From NCBI RefSeq assembly GCF_036321535.1, contig NC_087436.1, positions 66,280,001 to 66,344,000 on the forward strand: DNA of 64,000 bases, given 5' to 3'. This DNA is from Camelus dromedarius (Eukaryota). The notes under the pieces were generated by a model. The model worked only from the letters and a program-made list of their open reading frames with translations. It was not told where the DNA came from and made no database searches. The position numbers and the translations under genes were made by a program. This document shows, in pieces, positions 26,647-40,100 of the stretch (its first letter is position 1; each line of letters begins with the position of its first letter).

Positions 26647-27055
26647 TGGCTTAGGTCGTATTCTGAGGGAAACCAAGTGTGAGTAAGAGTTTAGTGTCAG
26701 GAAGTTTATTAGGGACAAACCCTTGCTATCAACACCTAAGGGGAAAAAGAGAAAGAGAGCAAGGAAAGGTAGGGCAGACCCAATAGCCACACCCAACCCC
26801 TCAGAAGCTTTGGAGTTGAAATGGTCCATCTAAGTCAACCTATACTGAGCAGGAATGATGAATCCCTTATGCCCTCCACCCTATGTCCCCCCATCAATCA
26901 TTGGTCACCCCAGGAAGAACACTACCTCTGCAGTGGAGATCATCCTGAAACTTCTGATAGCTGAAAGGAAAGCTGTCAGCAGACATTTCAGAAGCCAGGG
27001 TTATATATTGTTTTTAGAAGGGGAATCTGGGTTATACCTCTCTATATCCATTACA
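26647..27055 (-). mobile_element. LTR16-like ERVL LTR
   Basis: 'gtgtcaggaagtttattaggga', 'gaagctttggagttgaaatggtcc', 'atcaatcattgg', end 'atccattaca'. Confidence 0.7.
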
Positions 27056-28739
27056 GATGTATTTTTCTACTGAGATATACAAACTAACATCAGCAATAAT
27101 GAAGAAAATTTTTCTTCTTAAACATGAGTTGACTTTGTCATAAAAGTACCAGATCAGATGATCATATGATGTGTCTGCACCTTTCCAGGTGTCCATTCAA
27201 CCTGTCTCCTTTCTAAAATTTGCCTAATTCATTATATATATATATAATTGAGTCTTGCCATTTCAAATCAGGTTTTGAATTCTTAAATTACTCAAATATG
27301 CCAATTGCCAATCTCAAAAGCTCTTCTTTTCTTTCTGCTTTCATAAACACCACCACCAATATAACTTTCAAATACAATCTTAACCTTTTTCCAAATGCAT
27401 GGTTGGTTTGCGGTAAATTTGTTGTTTGCAGACAAAGCTTCGTTTATTGAGTACAGCAGCTGAGAAAGCTGTTCTGATCTTTGGAGCCTGAAAATCCTAT
27501 GTACCACCATTAAAACGACACAGTTTCTCTGCAAAAAGCTTTCCCTTCCTCTTTCTAGCCGCCTAAGACACAATGTAATTAGAACAGAGAAAAGAAATCT
27601 GAAGCTCAAACAAAAGCTGTATTGTTTTGAAGTTTAAAGGTGAGTTTGTACAAATATCAAAAACTAATTAAGCAGAACAGGTGATATTTAACTACTTTGA
27701 AGCTTCAGAAAAGGAAAATTGATTTTTATCTCATTGGATTAAATTACATTTTCATATTGATTGACACAAGCGCTTCTGTTACTGCTCTTCCAGACAAGGT
27801 AAACACACTAGCTGCTATTTATTCATGAAACCCTATCCCTCAAAATTTCAGAGACTGTTATTCTAGCATTTTATTATTGAACAAATATTTTGACAGGTGA
27901 TGATATTCTAGAAGATAAACAGAAATATACAGCCGACCACTTCCACTATGTAATTTAGACTTAGAAAATAAGGTGTAGAAGTAATGGAATGTACTCACAG
28001 GTCAATTCTACCTGCGTCTGATGTAGATTAAGATCAATGGAATCAATAAAGCTTAATTAAAGCTTTAACCATTTTATATTTTTGTCAGTCACAAAAACTA
28101 AAATGCTAGCAGCTCCGTGATCACTTCAATTCATTTCTTCTCACTTCCCCAGAGTTATTAACAGCTAAGGATGAAAACACATAAGCCCCGTAGAAACATC
28201 AAACTATAGACAGTCAAGAAAAATTTCCTAAGAAAATGGGGCAGAGAGGCACATAAAAATAGAGAAGGAATCTTATTCTCTGAAGCACACCCCCCAATAG
28301 AAAAACACCAGTTTTAACTGATTCATTGTTTTGTTTTGCATTTTGTTTTTAGAAAGTAAATAATGTGATTAAATGCTCAGAAGGAGGGAGGAGGTTCAGT
28401 GAAACAACCAAAAGTTAATCTTGAAGAATGAAATATTTTTTATGACCATAATTCTAGGCTTTTATTATGCTGGTAGGAAATATGAGTGAAAACAGTATCG
28501 ACTTTTGGGGGACAGTAGAGGGGATTCGTGGAGCCTCTGTGGAATAAGATACAGAGGAGAAAAGGAGTACATTAAGAATTTTTAAAAAAACCTCCTAAAA
28601 AGTCATTGTTATCTTATAGGGAATTTTATTATTCTTCTAGTTCATATTTTTACTTCATTCCTCAAATTAAAATTTCAAATGGATTTCCCTCTTAAAATGA
28701 ATAAAATTCAAGATACTTAAAGTGCCCTAAGTTAGTAAA

Positions 28740-29200
28740 TGATTTTACCCCTGACTACCTTTCTGATCTTACTTCTTACCATTTTTCACAATAAGTTATT
28801 CTACTCTAGCCACCCTTTAGCCATTGCAAGTTTGTAAATATTCCACGTACTCACAACTCAAGTCCATTGAAGCATCTATATGCTATATCCCAGATATCCA
28901 CAAGGCTTGCTTGTCACCACCTTCAGCTTTCTGCTCATATATCAAGGCGGAATTCCTTGAGAGTCCTATATCAAATTTCACCATCCATTATGACCGTTCT
29001 CATTCTGCTTTATTTTTTTTGTATGGCTGTTATCACTTGCTGTGATACAATATTGATTGATTGATTGATTGATTATTTATTGTTATTGTCTATCTTCTCC
29101 CATACAAATGTCTCCTCCATGAAAGCATATAGCCCATTCTTTTCACTCTTGTATACTAGCACATGAAGTAGATTTAGTAAATATTTGCTGAATGAAGGAA
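28740..29200 (+). mobile_element. L2 3' end
   Basis: Ends 'agtaaatatttgctgaatgaaggaa'; contains a (GATT)n tract at about 29052-29074. Confidence 0.75.
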
Positions 29201-30354
29201 TATATCTCCTTACCTCCCTACAGAAATTTTAGTATAAAATAAGCTTTCATTTTTTTGTTCTAAAATTGGATGTCCCTTGGGACATAGAATAAAGCATTAG
29301 TAGAGCCCTAAGATACATACAGGGTAGCATCAGTTCAGAGCTGCTTCCATGGTAATCAAAGGAGTAGTTAGTTAGTCTGGGAGAGCAGAAAGTCATCTCA
29401 CAGGATTATTTATATCCTTGTGCTAGTGAGTAGAGAAAAAAGTAACTGAGGAATTTCATGTACTCATTACTTATTAAAAGTATGGCTATATACTATAAAA
29501 GAGTTTAAGTCCCATACTTTGAAAATTACTTAATATGGTTCAGGTAATATGGCTTTATGTTGATTTAATAGAATGATAGAAACTAAGAGAACTAGATGAC
29601 CTAATATAGAAAAACTGTTTATCAAAGATGTTCCTGTTCCCTGGTGAACATTTATTAGGAGTTGAAAAGCAAATGATTTGAGGCTGAAAATACTACAGAA
29701 TGTGGTATTTCCTCTACATGTATTCAAAGAGCAATCAAAACTGGCTCATCCCAGTCTGTTCTAAAACAAATCTACAGATTAGCCAAGACAAATATTTAAT
29801 TCCAGGCTACCTTTGCTAATTTTTCCTTTAAGGCTCCTAAAAAGTGGTTCTTTTTTTTTTTTTCCAGAATAGCAATAAAAAATCTAGTCATAATATTCTT
29901 CAACTGTAAAAGGGTAAATTTGCTACTAGACATACAGAAGACTCTTGGGAATTAGATTTTGCCTTTAGGCCACTAATGTGTCATTCAATGAGAACAGTTA
30001 AAAAGAGAAGAGACACTTTGCTCCAGCCCAGGCTACTAAATCATTGGTCCCATATATCAAATAAAGTGAAAAAGTATCTAATTGTCCAAGACCATTAGGT
30101 GTTAATTGCTAATGTATTTTAGAACAAATCTGAGAAAAGGCTTTGATTTAACTGTGAATCTGAAGTCTAAAACAAGTAAACCTTTGACATTTAAATTTCT
30201 TTGTTTACTATTCTTTCCACATAGATTACATCAGGGCTTCTCACACAGTGCTTTTAAAAATATGTGGAAAGATTGATTAAATGAGCAAAATCAATGTATA
30301 AATTAATGAGTATGTTCACTGAGAAAGGAATATATTTAAACTTCTGTTCTAGAT

Positions 30355-31460
30355 TGCCAGATACAGATGCCTTTTTAGATACAGCAACAAAGGCACAATC
30401 CATGAAAGAAATAATTGATAATCTAGACTTCATTAAAATTAAAAACTTCTGCTTTGAGAAAGACATTATCAAGAGAAAGAGAAGATAAGCCACAGACTGG
30501 GAGAAAACATTAAGCATATGAAAAGATGTTCCATATCATATGTCATCAGGAAAATGCAAATTAAAACAACAGTGAAATACCACTGCATGTCTATTAGAAT
30601 GGCCAAAATCCAGATCACTGACAATGTCAAATGCTGGCCAGGATATGGAGAAACAGGAACTCATATTTATTGCTGGTGGAAATGCAAAATTATAATATAA
30701 TGCCACAGTTTAGCAGTTTCTTAGAAGACTAAATAAACTCTTACCATACAATCAATCAGTCATACTGCTTGGTATTTACCTACAAGGGTTGGTTATGTCC
30801 ACATAAAACTATGCAGGTGGGTGTTTATAGCAGTTTTATTCATTACTGCCAAAACTTGGAAGCAACCAAGATGACCTTCAGTATACAAATGGATAAATAA
30901 ACTGTGATACATCTAGACAATAGAATATTATTCAGCACCAAAAAGAAATGCACTATCGAGCCATGAAAAGATATAGAGGAACATAAAATGAATATTATTT
31001 AGTGAGAGAAGCCAATCTAAACAGGCTGCATACTATATGATTCCAATGACATGACATTCCAGAAAAGGCAAAATTATGGAGATAATAAAAAGATTAGTAT
31101 TTACCACTGGTAGAGTGGGGAATAGAAATGAATAGGCAGAGCAGAGCAGATTTTTAAGGCAGTGAAAATACTTCGTTTATTATAATGATGGATATATGTC
31201 ATTATACACTTGTTCAAACCTATAGCGTATACAACACAAGAGTGAACCCTAGGTACACCATGGACTTTGAATTATTATGATAAGTCGAGGTAGATTTATC
31301 CTTAGTAAAAATTTACCATTCTGGTGAATAATGTTAATAATGGGGGACACCATGCCTGTGTTGGGGCAGGTAGTTTGTGATAAACCTCTGTACCTCCCTC
31401 CCAATTTTGCAGTAAATATCTAAAATTTTTCTGAAAAAATAGTCTTTAAAAGAATGAAAT
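30355..31460 (+). mobile_element. L1MC-like LINE-1: ORF2 C-terminal part plus 3' UTR
   Basis: ORF remnants 'KAQSMKEIIDNLDFIKIKNFC' and 'MKRCS...MQIKTTVKYH...CWWKCK' (L1 ORF2 cysteine-rich region); L1MC-type 3' UTR ('agagtgaaccct', 'ctctgtacctccctcccaattttgc'). Confidence 0.9.
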
Positions 31461-31704
31461 AAAATAAGGTCTTTTAAAAAAAAAACTGTTGAGACCATTA
31501 TTCATGTGGATAACTAAAACAGAACTGATCAGCTTGAATAAATTTCTTGAATTAAATGAATAAAGAGATCTGACCTGATATTTCAAGTGAAATTTCTCTA
31601 AAATATTTATAGCAGAACCTAGTTAAGAGCAATGGCTATTAAATTTCAAATTATCAGATTTCCATTATGATCATATATCTTATGATCGTATGTATCTACT
31701 TCTA

Positions 31705-32630
31705 GTCTGCTATTAGGAGAGACAAAGTTATTCTATTAACACACAATGCCTAAATCACCATTGTTTGAAAAAAGAAAGATTCTTTTACTCATCTAACATG
31801 TTTAATATGATCTTCATAGGAGAGGAGACCTCTGTCCCACCTTAATGTGAGGTGAGAACAAATTGTTTTCAATTAAATACTTCAGCCCTGAGTGCCACAG
31901 TTATCACATCTGGTTGGTTAGGACCAGTCATCATATTGATACAGGAAAATGGGGCACGAAAGGATGGTTGCATCCCAGGTCTCAGTCAAGTACCTGGGAT
32001 GCATCCCGCCAAGTGAGGGTCCTTGTCTTCGCACAGGAAATAATTCAAGAGTGAGCCTTAGTAGAGTGAGGGTAGATTTATTCAGAGAGATAGATGCTCC
32101 ACAGACAGAGAGCAGGCTGTCTCAGAAGGCCACAGAGTCCACGAGACATGGGGGTGTTTAGTTAAGGTAAAAGTAGATACACATTCCATAGACAGTGTTG
32201 GGCTGTCTCCAAAGGAAGGCAAGAGAGAACGAGAGAGTGCACAGAGTATGGGGTTGTTAGTTTTTATGGGTTTAATAACATCGTATGCTAACAAGAGGGA
32301 GGATTATTCCAGCTACTTTGGGGAAGGGGCTGGGATTCTCATGAATTGGGCCAGCACCCACTTTTTGACCTTCTATGGTCAGCCTTGAAACTGTCATGGC
32401 ACCTGTGGGAGTGCTATTTAGCAGCTATTGTATTACATGAGGGTATAATGCAGCTCAAGGTCTACCGGAGTTGAATCTTCCACCATCTTGGTGCTTATTG
32501 CTGTGTGATTCTTTCAATGGTTATGCCTTGCCCCTTCCCTCCTTTCTCAGTATCACATAACTTTAAGTGGGTTAAAAAGTATAAATCTCCATGTACCTGG
32601 AATAGAGAAAACAGAAACATTGGTTAATAC
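31705..32630 (-). mobile_element. Old MaLR LTR (MLT1K/L-like), split by an ERV1 LTR
   Basis: 'ttaaatacttcagccctgagtg...ttggttaggaccagtcat' before the insert and 'aactttaagtggg...catgtacctggaa...aaacattggttaa' after it. Confidence 0.55.
31937..32549 (-). mobile_element. ERV1 solo LTR (MER4/MER41-group-like)
   Basis: tga...tca termini, 4-bp TSD atat/gtat, minus-strand AATAAA at about 32077-32082, 'caccatcttg' (reverse complement caagatggtg) near the U3 start. Confidence 0.85.
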
Positions 32631-32639
32631 TATGCATAC

Positions 32640-32730
32640 AGGATCTAAATCTCTGGGTAAGTGGCCAAAAAAAATCTTTCTTTTAAATTTTTTTGAGTTC
32701 CATAGGAGGAGAAAATTTGATAAACCACTG
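32640..32730. mobile_element. MER5-like hAT fragment
   Basis: 'aatctctgggt...ggcc...tttgataaaccactg' terminus. Confidence 0.5.
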
Positions 32731-34414
32731 ATCTGAATCAGCTTCTACTGATTCAGAGGTGAAAGTGTTAAAGAAATTTGACTTGAATTGGATCCATTTG
32801 CTCATTTAATTCAATAATTGAATTCAAAATATTCAGTTCTGTTGCAGTTTTTCATATGAATATAATGGTTCTTAACTTTCAATGTCCCTATCAATATTAG
32901 TTAAAATAGACTCCTTTCCTAATTCATAACATTAAGCATATAATATCAGAAAAACATGGCAGTCATTCATTTTTCATTCTGCTGGTGAATTGCTTATAAA
33001 GTGGTAGTAAAAATGTAAGTGGCAGACGAAATACATGTCTTTTTATGGAGGTCCTGAAAAAGTAAGTTAAGTACACAATGTAGTATCTGTGGGGTGGTCA
33101 CCTTAACTACGCCAATTTTGAGATTTTACATTTGTTTTTACAGAGTTGTCTCAGGATTTGAAATTAACAAGAAACCAAAGTGTTTTCTTTTGTTTTGTTT
33201 TGCATATCTCTTAGACCTGAATACTAAAACTAAATAGACCTAGCAAACAATAGACTCAATAAGAAAAAGGACCCTTTGATAATTTAGTGCCATCTGTCAG
33301 ATAATATAATGAGTCCACTAATAAATACATCAAGAAAACTCTGTAAAGTGTCTAGTAACTATCAGAATAAGCCTTATATAAATCTGCCATTAGCTAAGAT
33401 GAGTAAGAAAAGAAAATACTGTATGAAAACAGCTTTATGTGAACCACCAGAGAGGAATACAAAACTTCATGAATTCAGGCATTTTTCTCAGTGAAGGGGC
33501 AAGCACATCATACTGATTTTTTGATTGAGCCATTTGACAGGCTAGATGGCAGGTCACAGCTGAAAAGACAGCTGGTGTTAGGCATTTCCCATCACTCATA
33601 TGACAAAAAAGTACTGTGAGCTTAACTTTGAGCAGTGCTTAAGTGCACGCTGATCAGGTTCTGTCTAACATTGTATCAGAAAACAGAACAGGGTGTTTTC
33701 AGGGAGTGGAACTGAGTATGTCCACATCACATATGGAATATTTTGTGTTAGGTTGTTAGAATCAAGTTTCCCTCAATGACTTGACTAATGCTGTCAATCA
33801 ATTGAATAATTCAGATACTATTTAATATGAATGAGAAGAGAATATTGAAGTATTTGATTTAATTGATTTAATTAGCATGATGATTGTCAATTTTCCACCT
33901 CAGTCTATTACTTTATATGGGCAATTATAGTTCAGCAAACACTAATTTCTGAATCATGAAGATGAAAACACATACATTAAAAGAGAGCGAGAGATTGGCA
34001 TGTAATACCATTTTTTAACTAAAATTGATAATCATTTTTATCTCTTACATTTTACTTGAGAATTTTAGTGTATTATATTCATTGATTAATTTTTTTACTT
34101 ATTTTTGTTTTTTCTAACATAGGCCAGAATGTAGAGAATATTTTAGAGAAACAATATTTTACAAACTGTTTGATACTTTTACCTAGAATAGAATAAAACC
34201 GTAGTCTATTTTAAGAGATACAAACATTGTTTATAAAACATATGTACTAATACAATAAACATGAAATGTGCACGGCTCTCATTAATGGCATTCTAGAAAT
34301 TTTAGTGTGACATGATTTCCTCTAGGCAATTTGTACATTGGAAAGAAGATTTTGAAATCCTGAGCCACACACCCTTCTATCTCACTGAATTCCAGTACTG
34401 CTGCTGAACAAGAC

Positions 34415-34449
34415 ATTATTATTATTATTATCATCATCATCATCATCAT
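34415..34449. repeat. Compound (ATT)n(ATC)n microsatellite
   Basis: Direct reading. Confidence 0.9.
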
Positions 34450-34709
34450 TAACTGCTTTTCACTAACTTAAAATGTCTTTCTGTACATAAAAAATGAGTA
34501 AAGCATTTCAGTAACAAAAGTAACCAGACAAGCAATAGTATTTATCTTAAATTATACTACCAATTGTTTAAAGTGCTAATCCTCTTTGTAGTTGTTTTTG
34601 TTGTTATTGAATTCATAAATTCCTTGCCTTTTTTCTGTCTTCCTCAAATGGTGCTAGTTGAGTCTCAAAATTATAATACCCTGAAACTAAAAAGAGAAAT
34701 AATTAAAGT

Positions 34710-35860
34710 TTTAAAATTTTTAAAATTTGAAACAAGTTTAATCTTAGAGAAGTTTACACAGTACAAAGAACTCCTGAATATTCTTCACTGATATTTGCCT
34801 CTTCTAAATATTTTGCTGCATGTGAGTTATTCTCAGGCTCTCTCTCATTCTCTCTCATATACATTTGTACATGTATACATACATATATAAATATAGATAT
34901 ACATATATGTATCAAAATCAGAAAATTGATGCAATACTATAATCCAAAATATAACTTTACTCACATTTTACCAGTTTTGCCCAAAGTTTCCCTCTTGGAC
35001 TATTTCTTATCCAAGATCACCCATTGAATTTACTTTTCATGTTTCTTTTGTCCACTTTAATCTTAATTGGTTTATCAAGTATATTTTATCTTTCAAAATT
35101 TTGATATTTTTAAGAACATAGGCCATTTATTTGTATAATGTCCCTCCATTTGGGTATGTCTGTTGGTCCCTTACCATTTCATTCATGATATGCACATTGG
35201 CTAGTAATACTACATAAGTGCTTCTTCTTTAGCACAGCATATCAAGAGGCATATGATATCAGTTTGTCCCATATTTGTGTTGTAAACTTTAATCATTTGT
35301 TTAAATAGCATCCTCCAGATTTCTCTCTCTATACTAACTGCTTAGTTGTGGAATAACTAAGTAATAAGAATGGGGTTGTAATTTGAGACAATATAAATAC
35401 TCTATATGTCACCAAAATTTTATTAATTGGTTTTAACATCCCTCATTCCATAATTTATCATTACTATGATTCTTGCAAAGTGATGATTAGTCCTATTACC
35501 ATTATTGGTTGATATTCTGCTGTAAGGGAGTTATTTCTTTCTTTCCTATTTAAAAACAACTTTTTATATGAAAGTCCCAAAGAATCTTACTGGGTTAAAA
35601 CCCATTACTATAACCATTTATGTTCATTCCCAAATTATTCCAGTTTAGTCAATGTAAGCCCATTCACACTAGTGCCTTCAAAATTTTGACATCTCCATCA
35701 TTTTTTTAGTATTTACTTATTTAGTTTTTTTTTTTTTTTTGCAACAAAAAGGTACTTCAAACTTATCTATGAACTTTTTCTGTTCTCATATTGGAATCAT
35801 CAATTTCTTTCAGAAACTTGATTCTGTATATTGGTGAATGGTATTTAGAAACTAATATTA
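34710..35860 (-). mobile_element. Old L1 3' region (L1MC4/ME-like), antisense
   Basis: T-rich; 'cagtacaaagaactcc', 'ataatgtccctccatttgggtatgtctg', 'catatcaagaggcatatgatatcagtttgtccc', 'gaatggtatttagaaac'. Confidence 0.8.
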
Positions 35861-36049
35861 GTTCAAGTAGTCTAATTTAAAAGATACTTGAAAAACATCA
35901 ACTTCAAACACTAAAAATTTTTGTAACATGGCATTTCATATGTTTACCAACACACACACAAAGATCACCTAATCTTTAGAAATATAAAACACTCAATTTT
36001 AATTTTTTTAAAAGCCAGAAGAGGAATTGGTCATTTTCCCAGCATAATG

Positions 36050-37300
36050 AGATTTAGAGAACTATACATGTTATGTTCATGCAGCAAGAATAAGGGGAAA
36101 TATAGTACTTAGCTATGCCCAATATGCCTATATTATGAAAGCAACAGCGGGAGCATGGTAGAGGAGGGATTTAAAATGGGAGAGAATAGAAATGAGGAAA
36201 TTTTTCTACATCATTATACCTATCTAGATAAAAGAGAAATAAAGTTGAAACTAATGACAAAATAGTGGTCACGGAGAGTAATACCAGATTTCAGAGGTGT
36301 CACTGAAGAATAACTATTGTCTTAGAAGATGGGATGGAAAATTATGGAATCAAAGCTATGTTTTCAGATTTTCCACTTAGAATACAAGGTAGTTTACCAT
36401 GATAATACATAAAACATGTCCTATTTTTTAAATAGGTTAACTTGGATTTGGACCTGTTGAATTTGATTTTCCTGCAAATTGTATTCATAATGAATTGACA
36501 GTGAGAATGTGATTTTGAATTTCTGATGATAAAAATTAAGAATTAAACTTGTGGGTCATAGGAATGTAAATACTACTTAAAGCCTGATAAATGGACATAA
36601 TCTATTTATTCTTTTTTTCATGTATTTTTTTAATCAAATACATACTTAGCATAGTGTTCCAGATTTGGTAATACATCTTGGAGACTGGAAAATGCAAGAA
36701 AAGGAATCTTCAACATGGAGACTCTCATCTCTGGTGTTACAGTAAAAATTGTTTAAAAATTAGAATACAGCATGATAAATATCACACTAAAAGTATTACT
36801 GCATTAACATTCAAAGATTTACATTGGTTCTCAGTGAGGGATAAAATTATAAGAGTTTGATTTTTTAATTTTTAGTGTATATATTCTAAATTAACAACAA
36901 TGAGATGTGTAACAAAACATAGCTACCCAAGAGAGTCCTACTGGAGTTAGTTGATTGTTTATTGAGTGTGTTTCAGTAGTTTTTTAATTTTCTTTTTTTT
37001 ATCTCTTTTTTTGTTTTCTATTTCATGCATAAGAATTAAAGGTAAAGAGACTTTTCTCCCAAAGAAATTTGAAGGAAAAAAATCATTAAGGGGTCTACAG
37101 CAAGGACCCTGGGAAATTTAAGTGTAGATTAAAAAAAGAAAGAAAGAAAGTAGAATTTTCAAAATTGGTCAACAGTTAGTTGTCAGTTGACTTTTGAAAG
37201 AACTTCATTATAGTGTAATTTGAATGAATAATAATAGGTTGAGAATTAAACTGAAAATGAGTAATCTGCATGCAGTCTATGTAGATTACTTAACTTGTCA
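36050..37300 (-). mobile_element. Highly diverged L2 fragments
   Basis: Purine-rich L2-like blocks ('ttggacctgttgaatttga', 'gttgacttttgaaagaacttcatt'). Confidence 0.4.
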
Positions 37301-39849
37301 ATAATGAGAAGAAGGTAGGCAAAAGAAGCCGGAAGCTATAGGAAGCATACAATGAATAAATTAAATGTACATGCAATTATTTTTATTCCATTTTATACTA
37401 ACACTTGAAACAGGTGATATTATAGGTAATGCATTGTCTGCCTATAACTCTGGGTATATACTATTCTGTTATTAAAAATTTAATAGCCAAACCATATTTT
37501 TGTGAAACAATGTTAGTCATTTTTGTGAAATAGTTTATGTTTTAATTAAGGTAGTCCTGAATTCTTATGATTGTTGATTTTGCTGTTAATTTCTCTGGTT
37601 ATACAAATAAGTATATAACCCCATTAATTCTACTTCAGCTTCTCCAGAATGAAAGCACTCATTACAGACCTTCCTGTTCGAAAGTTGTAGATAATGTTCA
37701 GAGTTTGTTCAGAGGGAATCCAAACTAATTGAATGCATCTGGTCAAATAAAATTGGTAATTGGGAAATCTGTGCATCTATTCAAGTGAAATTTTTATTGG
37801 GCTTTATTTAACACTCTACTATTAATTTCATTAATGAAGCCTTAAAAATGTCTAATTTAAAGGCAAGACATAATTTATACATTTCAAGGACATTCAAGCA
37901 CTTCCAATAATCTGTGGGATAAAATATAAATTTCTAATCTGTAGCCTTTTTTTTTTTTTGTCTCTCTAATGGAAAACTATGATGTATGTCACTGACACTC
38001 TGAAACTTATCAGAGTAAAAAGGGCAAGACACCTTCCCTATCAAATTAATGGTGTGCACCACACTGACACTGAGACAAGGTGTCTCTCAACAAATTCCTT
38101 ATGTTTTCTCTACCCATCCAGCAGTTGATTTAGCAGATACGAACCTGCCACAAAGTGTTATTAAAAGAGCAGTACGGAAGGGACTCTAAAGAAGGGAAGT
38201 ACTCTTAGATCAATGTGTTAGTGTTCCATAAAAATTATTTCTTTTTGTTATTGAGAAGTTATTAAATGCTTGAAAATAATTAGGCATTTTTTATGAGTTA
38301 GGACGATAGTAGGAAAGTGAAATGCAGGAGTGTGATTTGTGTATGGAATGGATTCTTCTGATAAAGCAGGACAAAAAATTCTTATTTTAAAATGATTTAA
38401 TATGCCAAGTAGAATTCCATTCAATATCCCGATATGTCTGTATTATATCAATTTATTTTTTACTTTTAATTCTGATTCCTATCATAAACCATCCTAAATT
38501 ATAATCATCTTTCAGGCAAATTTAAAATGAGGAATCTATAATGATGTCTAATTTACTGTTTAAAAGCACAAAGTTCAAATTGTTTCTACTCCAATCCATT
38601 TTAAAAAAATTTAATTTTACATAAATCAATTAGAAAATTTAGCCATGAAAATGTAGTATCTCAGATTTGAGATATTTACCCTTGAAAAAATGCTAGCTTT
38701 TATTTGTATTCTGTATATTCATAGGTAAACTTTCTATACATGTTCCCAACTTCTTAGAAAATTTTTCTTCTTATCACAGTAAACTTTAGCCCATTTTAAT
38801 TTTACCATAAGTAGTAAATTTAGTACTTACCTAATCTATGAGGAATATTTTTGTGATTTAATATGACAAATACAGCTTATTATAAAACATTCAAAAGTAG
38901 TTTATTAGAAATTAGATATGTGCCTTAAGTTATAAAATTATACTGACACTATGGTTTCTAAATTCTTTCGAATTCCAGAGTACAATTTAAAGGTTAATTT
39001 ACATGCATTCTTAATTCCAGACATTGATCTCTTCTAAGAAATAGATGAACACTTAATCCTATGGTCTCTACAAGGACTATTGTATTCCCCACATCAGATT
39101 TTATAAACTGATTACTTATATGCATAATTTAAGTTTTAAATATTTTTGAACTTGAAAGGTGCATTTTTCTACAGAGGGCAAAATAGGGTTTTTTTTTTTT
39201 TTTAACCAGATACCATAAGGGGAAGGCTGTCAGATAGAGAAGGTACAATTATCAGAGTCCTTAAGACAATAATACTTTAAGCAAACAAATGGGATCTAAA
39301 TAACTGTAAAATTTAGTGTCCTTTAAGAAATGGAAGCTGAAAAACATATTCAAAGAAAGCTCAATCAAGCAAAGTAATCCACTTTCCCAAACTGCAAACA
39401 CACCCTCGAGTACTTATAAGGGACACACCCAGTTTTTTAATTTGTCACCAACTTCATTTATAGTAGTTGTACAAAGGATTGTATATGGGGAAACTCTTCT
39501 GTCCTTATCTTCAAACATGGGCTACTCCATGCCCCTTGATATTCATGGTGCCCTACTTTTTATTACCTTGTAGCAAGAGTCTAGATGATTCCATATAGAA
39601 AATGAAATGCAAAGAATCATGCTATTTTTAAATAATTTATTTAAACCTAATGACTGATCTTAGCTCCTCTTGTTTTGTAGAGATGGAGTCAGTAATGCAA
39701 AAGACACATGTTGGCCAACAAAACTGAAGCATCCAGACCTAGTAAGTAAATGTCCCACTAGAGGGCCATATCCCACATCTAATCAGTGTGTAATTCTCAT
39801 TGAATGAATGTTATATTCACCATACAGAACATTATTAGTTATGTGCACA

Positions 39850-40100
39850 TGGGAAATATAATGGCATGATGCTATGAGTCAGATGCTGTAAGTTCACAAC
39901 CTTGTTCTGTCTTTTACTAATTATGTGACCTTAGTAATTTTTTTATTCTCTTTGTGCATCCTATTTTTTAAATAGAGATTATAATAGTGAACTCACTGAA
40001 TTCTTTTGAAGATTAAGTGAGAAAATACAAGTAGATTGTTTAGAATATTCCAAAACTCAAAATAAATATGAAACAAATATTAATATGTAATTTTAATTGC
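39850..40100 (+). mobile_element. MIR SINE
   Basis: 'gagtcagatg...tactaattatgtgacctt...ttttgaagattaagtga'. Confidence 0.75.

Noticed and set aside
30294..30700. ORFs with real protein similarity
   Set aside because: LINE-1 ORF2 remnants with stops and a deletion, not a host gene
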